From the NCBI GenBank assembly GCA_964036045.1, contig OZ038378.1, positions 82,894,001 to 82,958,000 of the forward strand: a stretch of DNA of 64,000 nt, in the 5' to 3' direction. Below the pieces are notes generated by a model. It saw nothing but the letters and a program-made list of their open reading frames with translations, ran no database searches and was not told where the DNA came from. Source of the stretch: Eutreptiella sp. 'Long Island Sound 2002' (Eukaryota > Protista > Euglenida). The position numbers and the translations under genes were made by a program. Below, piece after piece: positions 35,101 to 44,580 of the stretch (positions are counted from its first letter, which is position 1; every line of letters begins with the position of its first letter).

Positions 35101-35929
35101 CAAGCACAAGTTGCGCATAGCAACTTTTGTTTTTTCCGGATGAGGGGGGGGGGGGGCAGAGGCAGCAATGTCAGTGACGGCTACAGTGACAGTGACACGT
35201 GCTGCCTTCTCACACCCCAGCTTCATGTATTTCTAACCCGCGTGAGCCTCATCAGAAGAAACCAGAGGAAATCATGGCTGACAAAGAGGCATTGCATCGA
35301 GGGCGCCAACACCGGCGAGTAACGCGAACGTGGGCCTTGCTGACGACGGCGGCCACGGTCATTGCCGTGTTACAGGCCGGGAGCGAGGTGGGGCGAAAAG
35401 CCGTGGACCCCACGCTGGCCCGACAACGGCCGGATACGGCTGGATACCCACGATGCTGCACCGCCTTGCAGTGCTAGACGGTGCCCACTGCAGGCATCGC
35501 AATCATGGTCGTGATCATGGCAGCCGCACGGGGCGCGCACCAGGGCGAGGAGTGCGTGGGCGCGGACCGCATCGCTGAAGTTAGCACGGACCAGGGCACC
35601 CAAGAGCCCGAGACAGCCCGGCTTAGCAGCCTTCCTATACCAAGGCACTACGTGGAGACGGATGAGGCAAGCGAGAGTACAATGCCCCACGCGGCCGTCA
35701 CGGGCACAAACAGCCTGACCACGGATGCCCCGCCCCAGCTGTTTCGGGGGATACCCAACACAGTGGCTGGTATAGCCGCGGAGCAGCGGGGCCTTTTGAC
35801 AGGTGGAGGGGGGGAGACCGGGACAATGGGTAGGCTGAGACGGAGGCGGCGGACGACGGCATCAATGAAACTACGGTACAGGGCCGAGTGGAAGCATAGG
35901 ACAGCGCACAGCTGGAGGCACAAGAGCGC

Positions 35930-36160
35930 CGCTGCATCTTCATCAACACGGGGCCAAAAATCATCGCGGTCCACCTGCAGCCGGGGCACACGCTGCTGGA
36001 CCATGTGCGGGACCAAGTAGAAGGAAGGGAGGGAATCGCCACGGAACATCAACGCTTCATGTACACGGGGAAGCAGCTGTTCAAAGGTGACCTCACCTTG
36101 GAGGACTACGGCGTGACAGAGAAGTGCACGCTGCACGTCCTGGGGCGAGTGAGGGGAGGC
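35930..36160 (+). CDS. Ubiquitin-like domain ending RVRGG, fused upstream of Gag
   Basis: VRDQVEGREGIATEHQRFMYTGKQLFKGDLTLEDYGVTEKCTLHVLGRVRGG|M aligns to ubiquitin KEGIP..QQRLIFAGKQL....TL.DY.I....TLHL..RLRGG. Confidence 0.92.
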
Positions 36161-37350
36161 ATGCCGGAATCGGCAGAGATGGCTCATCCAACAGCAAGCG
36201 GCACCGCTTGGCGTTCGAGAACCCGATGGACATTGAGGCAGCGGGCTCAACCCCCTGTACGCGCAGTGGAAGGTGTGGCTCGAGACATGCGCGCCGATCG
36301 CAACCGCCTTCCTCGCGCAGGAGGCCACGGCAGCAGAGCCGCTTGGGTATCGAGAGAGAGCATCACGCCAAGGGCTCAGCGGGAGTGCAGGAGATGGTAC
36401 ACTGGGCGCCACCAAACAAGCCGGATCACGCAGTGCTGCTGGCGTGGGCAGCGCCTATGAGAAGGCCAAGCGATACAAGGTGGACCCGCTGCAGGGGAAG
36501 TGGGTCGAGGCGCCGAAACCGCCGCAAGGGCAGCCGCAGGATCAGCCACGAAATGCGCCACAGGTGGACCCCGTACAAAAGGAAATCGTAGACGTGGAAG
36601 CCCAGCTTGCAAAGCTGACAATGCCTAAGATCCCCCTATGCTCGGAGGAGCAGGTCAAGGCCGTCAGTGACAAGGCCCTGCAGGCAGGGATGGAGACAGA
36701 TTTTGTGGCGGCACTGCAAGCATATGGGGCGACACCAATGGCAAGGCCAGAAGATGCGGCAAAGGCGGGAGAGGTACTACGCGCGGCGGTGTGGACAACC
36801 CTGTACCTGACTGTGACCACACGAGCGCCACGGCTAGCCCCGCAACCCGCGCCCATGGCACCAGTGGCAACTATGGCCCACCAGCAGGTGATCCCCGTCT
36901 TCCAGGCGGTCCCCCAGGTACCACTCCAGCAAATGGCACGCACGCACTTGCCCCACCGGGGGCGTGCTACAGGTGCGGAATGTACGGGCACTGGTCCAGA
37001 GACTGTGTGACGGCGGCCTGCATCCCACAACAGCCCACCACACAAATGCTGCAAGCACAAGCAGCGCAGTGGCCGCAGGCCACACAGGTGCCACAGGCCC
37101 ACACAGCCCAAGCTTCGGTGCCCCCCCCCCCCCGTACGGGGGAGTACACACAGGTGGGGGCTCAGACAATTTACACGGCGCAGACGATGGGGCGACAATA
37201 TGATGCGTCCGGGCCCCCGCCTTACCCCTGCAGCAGATGCCACGGCAACCACTTGAGCTGGCAGCCAGGCCCCGCACGACAGCCAGGCGTGCCACCACAA
37301 CCCCAACCCCAACCACAGCCCCAATCCCAACCCCAGCAGTGGGCTAAGCG
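36161..37350 (+). pseudogene. Gag-like ORF (frameshifted) with a CCHC zinc knuckle
   Basis: CYRCGMYGHWSRDC at 36965-37006 (CX2CX4HX4C); second partial finger CSRCHGNH; Q/P-rich. Confidence 0.85.
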
Positions 37351-37457
37351 CACCGGGAGAGCCAGGAGCCACAGGGGACGACCCTGGCGCAAACGACGGC
37401 ACAGCAATCCAGGTACGCTGTCTGCCCACCTCCCGGGACGCACTCACAGCAAGGGAC

Positions 37458-38867
37458 GTGGCGACAGAACCGGGTGCACTGGCAGTCAGAGCCTGGGCGG
37501 AGGGCACCACACGAAACTGGCGCCGCGACTTGCAACGCGTTGGCAGGACAGACACCGACCTTGACGCCCCCTCGGCACTGGCCAAGCACCTCACCATGCT
37601 GGCAGCGCAAGGACGACGGTGCGCCACGCTTAGAGGTGTTGTATCCAGCGTCCGAATTCGTGAGACCCCGGGCATCTTCGACACGTTGGTTAATCCACTC
37701 CACTGGGCCATATGCAAGGCAGCCGACCGGGCCTTCACACACCCACCACCGCGACCAATCTTGGCCAATGCGCACCCACTGCAGGTACTGGACGCACGTA
37801 CATCGGGGCTGTTTGGCACAGGAGTCGTGGTGCTGGCCTGTCTGGGGACCGCCCTGTGCTGGCGCGTCAGTGAAGTCGCTTCACAGCGGCCAACAGACCT
37901 GGCGACACCCAGGAGCGTGGCCTTCTATGACCAAAAGACCCAACGCAGGTGGATCACGGCACGGCTAAGCCACTGGAGCGAGGCGTGGAGAAAACGCCTG
38001 CACGCCATTGTTCAGCGCAGGCCGGGTTGGATCCCACTATTCGCCTCGACCGCTGAAATCCAGCACGCCCTACGAGTTCTACTCATGGGCACAATGTGGC
38101 ACTCGGTGGCCTGGCACGCCTTCCGCAGGCTAGGGGCAGCGGCACTGGTTGCCACGGGGGCAGCCATGGCAGCCACGGCCCGGTGGGGAAGGTGGAAGCC
38201 CGAACGCCAAGCGGCAGAGTACGCCACACCCCCGCTCGACTGGGAGTGGGAACTCCCTGCCCTGCTCCCCTGGCCAGCACCCGGAGGTGGAGCCACGCTG
38301 CACGCAACGTCGCAGATGGAAATCTGGCCAACGGCAGCCATGGGTGGTGAGCCCTCCGTGAGAGCGAAGGACATAGCGCCCATACCAATCGTCATATCCG
38401 ACTCCAGCGACGACACCGACGACGGGGTATTCGGACCCGCTGTACAGGCTGATGGAGTGTGCGCCACACAACGCCACTGCCAACAGCCAGGAACCAACTC
38501 GGGATCTGCCAGTGGGACGCGCCGCCCCGCAAGTGGAGCGCCGCACAGTACGCGTCTGGATGCGAACCAGGTGTGCCCTCCGCCGAAGACCACCAGCAGG
38601 CCGATGCAAGTGCCAGGGGCAGCCATCCGTCGAGGATACACCGCCCGAGATGAGCCCGCTGGGGGAGCACACAACCCGAGGCAAGTGCGGAGACGCACTG
38701 CTAGCGCACAAGCAGGCAGCAACAGTCAAACTCTCGTCGCGACTCCGAGTGCACGAGCGCAGAGTCATGGACCTGCTACGGCTCTGGGGGCACACGGCCT
38801 CACTCTGGATCTAGGACAAGCCTCTGGCGCCGGAAGTGAAGAGGGCGGACCTACAGCTGCTGCATGA
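37458..38867 (+). CDS. Tyrosine recombinase (469-aa open frame)
   Basis: WRVSEV (R), DQKT (K), WHAFRR (HxxR), GRW, AEYA (Y); helical N-terminal domain; low-complexity C-terminal tail. Confidence 0.9.
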   Translation: MATEPGALAVRAWAEGTTRNWRRDLQRVGRTDTDLDAPSALAKHLTMLAAQGRRCATLRGVVSSVRIRETPGIFDTLVNPLHWAICKAADRAFTHPPPRPILANAHPLQVLDARTSGLFGTGVVVLACLGTALCWRVSEVASQRPTDLATPRSVAFYDQKTQRRWITARLSHWSEAWRKRLHAIVQRRPGWIPLFASTAEIQHALRVLLMGTMWHSVAWHAFRRLGAAALVATGAAMAATARWGRWKPERQAAEYATPPLDWEWELPALLPWPAPGGGATLHATSQMEIWPTAAMGGEPSVRAKDIAPIPIVISDSSDDTDDGVFGPAVQADGVCATQRHCQQPGTNSGSASGTRRPASGAPHSTRLDANQVCPPPKTTSRPMQVPGAAIRRGYTARDEPAGGAHNPRQVRRRTASAQAGSNSQTLVATPSARAQSHGPATALGAHGLTLDLGQASGAGSEEGGPTAAA

Positions 38868-38869
38868 AA

Positions 38870-39930
38870 GTCTGCATGAACTGGTGGTAAGCGGGCCACC
38901 AGAGGACGCCAGTTCGCCGGTGTTGGGTGAGGGCCGCAAAGTGTCATTGCAGCTGGCAGCTAAGGGTCTGGGGAGCGCGTGATCAGTACAAGTGCCGCCA
39001 ACTCTGTGGGAGCAGTGGGGAGACCCGTGCTTCGAATGGGCTGGCCGCAACGCGCCGACCCAGCCCCACTCGCGATGCCCCAAGGCGCAGGCCCTGCTCC
39101 CCGCCCTGGAGCGCCAGGGCGCTGTCGAGGGCACATGGAAGGCACCCAATGCCTCTGTTTTTGCTAACTGGAAGAGCGAGGCTAAGGCCTCCCTCATCCT
39201 CAACATGAAAGCTTTCAACCACAAATACGCCTGCAAGGCCCGGCGCTTAAGGCTGCCCACCGTGGAGGGCCTGGCTGACCTGCTGCGTGCAGTGGGGGGG
39301 GGGGTCGGCGACAAAATTTGACCTTGCAAATGGCAACTGGTCGATCCACCCCCCCCCCCCCCCCACCTGACCAGGGCGATCAGGGTAGAAGTGGGCGAGA
39401 GGCCCTTTGCCATTGTACGTGTGCTCTTCGGTTGGCACCAGGCCCCAGGGCTGGTGCAACACCTCATCGCGACAGTGATTGCCCATGTCGACCCAGGAGG
39501 TGTCGTGGTGGTGCAGTACCTGGATGACATCCTGGTGGTTGGGAAGTAGAAGCAGGAGATCCGCAAGGTTACGCACGATGTGACAAGCGCGCTGAGTAAG
39601 GCAGCTTTCCTGACTGAGCATCCTTGCCCCTATGGCTGAAGTCACGTGGATGGGTAAGACAGTGAACGCAGAGGCAGGCAGAATCCAGCCCAGACCAGTG
39701 GCTGTGGCAGATTGCGTGACCAGGTGGATACGCTTCGCGGTGCCGCTGACGCAAGTATCCCTCAGGAGGCTCTTGGGCCGTCTGGTCCGGCTTGGACGAC
39801 CTGGCAGCACAGCGGCCGCTTTGTGGAGTGGCGCACGAGCTTGGCTGCATTTTGAGCCGCGCTGGGTGCCCAGGGCACCACCGAACCTCTTGGGGGGCAT
39901 TTCGGAGGGTTTGTGCTGCGCGCTGCGTGG
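38870..39930 (+). pseudogene. DIRS-type reverse transcriptase, disrupted
   Basis: LILNMKAFN, PFGWHQAPG, QYLDDILVVG (YLDD at 39517-39528); several stops and frameshifts, one next to a C14 run. Confidence 0.9.
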
Positions 39931-39934
39931 ATAG

Positions 39935-40330
39935 GTGCCTGCCTGCACCCAGCACACGTTCACACGCGCACCCTGCCTGTTTGTGGTTGCCGCGCAAGGC
40001 CCAGGAGGCTACTGGGTAAGCATCCTCGACCATACAGGACCATGGATCAGGCGCTGCCCACGCTGGATAACATCGCAGCAGTCAGCTGAGCTTTGGGGAG
40101 TCCTTGCAGGGTTGGAAAGGGCAAACGGGCCAACAAACCTGTTTGTGGATAACACAGGAGCATTGAGCACCGCACTCCGGGGCAGGGCTGGTATCGCACT
40201 ACCGGAGCGGCAACGCATCATGAGGTGACTAGCGCACAGGTTACGGTGGCAAGGGGGGGGCACTGCAGTTGCACTACGTACCCTCTCCACTGAACCCGGC
40301 AGACCCGGTTTCCCGCTTGTTAGGTCGACA
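39935..40330 (+). pseudogene. DIRS-type RNase H, one in-frame stop
   Basis: QQSAELWG, LFVDNTGA, HYVPSPLNPADPVSR. Confidence 0.88.
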
Positions 40331-43300
40331 GTCGGCCAAGGACATTGTCGTGCAGGCCAGGGCCAGGGAAGCAGTGTTTTTGAACTGCGCACGGACTGCA
40401 TCGTGGGGCAGCATACCTGATAGAGACATGCAGCAATCGGTTATGTGTGGCTCGTACGGATGGCAGCCCAGGCATTGGCGGCATTAATGGCGGCAATTCA
40501 GGCGCGAGGGCAGGTGGGTGTTGGGTGGTGCCTGGGCTTTCAGGGACCCGTGCATCTGTCGTAGTTCGCTACTTTGCCTGTTTTTATGACTCGTTCGCGA
40601 TCGCGAGGGCGCAAGAAGCGAGGCCGTCGCGGTGGCCGCCGACAACGCAAGTTTGTGCATGCGGCGGCGCGCTCTGGCGCTCATCCGTTCTGTGTGTGCG
40701 CATCGTGTGGAAGGCCGCGATGTGTTGCACGTTTTTCTCGGTGGAGCAGCGAGGTTGCTGTTTGCCGTGCTGTTTCCGGACCGTGAAGCGCCGGAAGTGC
40801 CGAGTGCCGCTGTGTGGGACATCGGTGACCGCTTGCGCATTGTCCCGGACCAGGGCGTTACAACCACAGGCATCAGGGATGTAAAGGGACCAGGACGACA
40901 CCATTGTAGGCACCGATGGCGCCTACTGATGGCGGAAGGGCCTGTCTGCCCGTCCCTGAGCACACAACACCGGGAAGGCGGACAGGCCCTTCCGTATTTG
41001 TGGGTGCAAGGGCGCCCTGCCCTCGTGTGGCGAGTGGCTGCCATGGTCGCACCCTGAGTTGGGCCTGGGGCCAACAGAACCACCGGTTGGGACACGGAGT
41101 GCCTGGCGCCGTGGACGTGAGCCGCATCGGCCGGGCCCACTGTCCTTACGCTTTCAGCTTGCGTGCCTCGCGTGCCTGCTACCCTCTTTCCGGTTTGGAC
41201 TGGCACGAGCCTGATTTCGCACGCTTTAATTCAGAATGCCCGGCGCCGTGGACGTGTGCTGCAGTGACCGGGCCCACTGTGTTTGCACTTTTTGTCTGCG
41301 TGCTCCGCGAGTTCGGACAAGCACGCACCTGCTGTTTGCAGGGTGCTGTGTGCTGGGTGCCAGACATGTGCCACGGCTGGGTGTATCAGGCAGGTGCCTC
41401 AGCTACCGACGGCCTCCACTCACCGGTGGCACCCACGGGCATACACATGCATACACGAGCACATATTTTCATTTCCCAGACGCAAATACCAGTTAGTGGA
41501 GTGTTGCAGTGTTGGCTTTGCATGTGTCAGTGCCAGTGTTCAGGGTAAAGGACAGGGCAGTGCAGAGCAGGGCCAGCAAAACACAAGTTGCGCATAGCAA
41601 CTTTTGTTTTGCCCGCTGAGGGGGAGGGGCAGAGGCGGCAATGTCAGTGACGGCTAAAGTGACAGTGACAGACCTCTGATGAGGCTAAGGCAGGTTAGAA
41701 ATACATCAAGCTGGGGTGTGAGCAGGCAACAGGTGGGTAGCATGTACCTCAGGCAATGACACCTCGTCTATTTCGGCGCCATGCGACAAGCGCGAGCATA
41801 TGTATGGCTCACATCATGGCCCAGACAGCCCCAGACGCAAATACCAGTCAGTGGAGTGTTGCATTGTTGGCTTTGCACGTGTCAGTGCCAGTGTTCAGGG
41901 TACAGGACACGGCAGTGCAGAGCAGGGCCAGCAAAACAACAAGAAGGGGAAGGCCAAGCCCCTTGCCAAGGCATGTGCCAAGATGCCATTTGAGCAAACC
42001 ACCCATGGACCTGGAGAATGCCGCGGATTTGGAGAGCATTGACAAGGGCCAGTAGCAAGCAATTGCAGCGCAGATTGAGGATGCGAACAACGTGGGATCT
42101 AGCGGACGAGGAGCCCCCGGGCTGAAGCGGAAACCCAAAGGCCCTGCCGTTACCATCCTTAGTGTGGCTCCGCTTGAGCAAGCTGCCCGGCGCACCCGGA
42201 GTGCAAAGCAGTAGGCTGAATGGGAGGACCTTTCAGTTGTGCTTTTTGGAGAACTGAATCTGATCGTACTGTTGCTGCCCTAACAATGTCTGCTAGTTTG
42301 CTGGGTTATCACACTCTACTTTCACTATCCACTGTGGAACAGGCTACCATAATGACACCCGTTCCCGAAATGCTCGAAACCGGTGTTAGATTTTTTCCTG
42401 TCATAGCACTGCTCTGTGATGCCCTACTGCACAATTTGGTCCTGAGTTCCACTGTGTGCTTTTGTTTTTCAACAGACAGGAACAATCATTTATAAACCAT
42501 AATCTGTACCCTTCAGCCATCTTTTTGGACTGCACGGACATATGACAATGTCCCTATCCCGTGTATTTGCACTTTAGTTCATTGCAGGAGGCACATGCTG
42601 TTTATCTTCGATGTGAGTTTCACCAACAGGGTCCTATGTCTGCTATATTGTTTCCACGTTGCACCTAGGAGTGCAAGATAACACTCTGTTTCACTGTTAA
42701 CCGTGAAACCGTCTCCCTTGCTGATGTCATTTGCTAGTTACAGTATTTTTCATGACAGATATGCAGGTGCACTGTGTGCACAAGTGCCCCACCTGTGTTT
42801 TGTGTTGCTCCTTTACATACACTCGTCTGTCACAAGAGGAACACGTTCGTGGCTGCACCTGACCCACAACCGCACATGGGATGGAATTGAGGGGGGGGTC
42901 TGGGGATGCAGTCCATCACACCTCAAGGCTTCTATGTCAATAGCGGTTTCACTGTTGACATACAAGCATTATGAAACATGGCCCCCACAATGCAGTTTTG
43001 GGGAATTGAATTTTTATGTCAGTATCACTGTTGGCCACACAAGCCAGAAATGAACCTTTTTGTCCGTTTTCGAGGTCCCCGTCGGCACGAGATGTCAAGT
43101 TCGTACCCGTAAGCTTCTTTTACTAATTCTGTCATGCAGGGCTCTGCAGAGCCCAGATGAAGTACATTGACCAATTTCAGCCGTCATATTACCAATTTGA
43201 CAGTTTTGGGCTCTGCAGAGCCCAGGATCCCACGGAATGCACATTTACGCCGTGCCAGATCGCTGTGACTTGGTGGATTGTTGAATCCTATTGCAACGTT

Positions 43301-43439
43301 CCCTCCTCTATGGCTCCTGTGCACACAGGCACTAAGACTGAAGTGGCTCGCGTCTCGAAGAAGTTTCGTCAGCTTGTGGCGAATTTTCGTGCATGACAAA
43401 GGCGGTGAGAGTACAGCGAGAGCACACCGTGGCCACCGC

Positions 43440-44580
43440 TCCAGGTGCTGTTGAAGGGATGTCTGTGGGTCAGCGATCGGGAAGATGTGGAACCACATCA
43501 CAAACTATTATGTGACTAGTCTTGAACCGGGCTGTTGAGGTGTGCGGTGGCGAGGTGGCAAAGCTCAATGTCGGCAAGAGATCAGATTCCGGAGAAATTT
43601 GTGCGTACGAGTGATCGTTGACCACAGCGACCAATGAGATCAATTTACTGAGGTACAATCTCGTCATTGTTGAAGTCCCTCGGCGAGGAGGGCGCATCCC
43701 TGGTGCGCAGATTGTGCGTGTGTTTTCTCAAGGGGTACTTGGCGACTTTCATGGGAACAATGGGGATTTGGTTGCTGTGGAACAACACTTACGCTCCCAA
43801 TTGGAAGATTTGTCCCCAACAGCTTTGCGCATGGGTGTCTACCATCTGGGATGCAGAGAAGAGCCGTATTTGTTCGAGCAGTGAACTCTATTGCTTGTGA
43901 AGACCCATGGGCTGGGCCCTGCAGTGCATTACTTCCTCACACAAAAAGTCCTTCATTGAAGGTCTGTGGGTGGGTTTGGCTTTCCTGTGGTGGTTGGTGA
44001 ATTTGCTGGAGGACCCCAATGACGACTTGGACGACACGCACATGGATGTTGATGCATCGCGCTGTTTGTGGGCACCGTACTACGGCAGCCGCCCCGACCT
44101 CATCAGTCTGGGCTGTGTTCACTTGCCTCTCCCAATGAATTGCGCATGGGGTTTATTAGGTGATGGTCGCAACAATACAGCTAATGTGGTGAATGTGCTG
44201 AAGACAAGCGTCCATAAAGGAGACATGGAGGAGGATGTTGAGTGGCGGAGTGTCATGCACTGGTCAAGCACAGGCCAGCCGCTGTTCCACCAGTTCCCTG
44301 ACCAGGCAGCTGACGCGGACACTAGTGAGTCAGAAGTTGAGGAGATGCGGGATCCAAGTTGAGGAGGTGCGGGATCCGCAAACTCCTAAACCAAAGGGTA
44401 TAACCGATAAACAACAGCAGAAGGAGCGGGAGATGGCTGAGCGCGAGTTGCGGAAGCAAGAGGAGGCACGGGGCGCCAACCTAAAAAGCAGCAGAAGGAG
44501 AAGGCGAAAAGGGCCAAAGAGGACGCACGAGCAAATCGTGACGGGAAAACAGAGGACGATAAATTGGCAAGGGTAACCGC
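43440..44580 (+). pseudogene. Unassigned cargo ORF remnants with a charged, basic C-terminus
   Basis: ORFs 43618..43884, 43907..44362 and 44235..44576; no confident family. Confidence 0.35.

Larger units (their letters stand above)
35105..41936 (+). mobile_element. Tyrosine-recombinase retrotransposon, order Ubl-Gag, YR, RT, RNase H, with split direct repeats
   Basis: A1 35105-35197, B1 41475-41581, A2 41582-41670, B2 41830-41936; flanked by CAACAAG (35098-35104 and 41937-41943); all domain motifs present. Confidence 0.92.
32319..42967. repeat. Dispersed 22-bp palindrome P2, consensus GTTTCACTGTYRACAGTGAAAC (at least 10 copies)
   Basis: Starts at 32319, 32494, 32534, 32964, 33050, 33273, 33388, 34075, 34956, 42688 and a half-site at 42946. 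Confidence 0.9.

Noticed and set aside
36542-37819. 425-aa minus-strand ORF (also 15729..16775, 25479..26450, 25054..25767)
   Set aside because: Antisense shadows of GC-rich coding or low-complexity sequence; no motifs.
43907-44362. PD-(D/E)xK nuclease (RPDL motif)
   Set aside because: No convincing (D/E)xK motif downstream.
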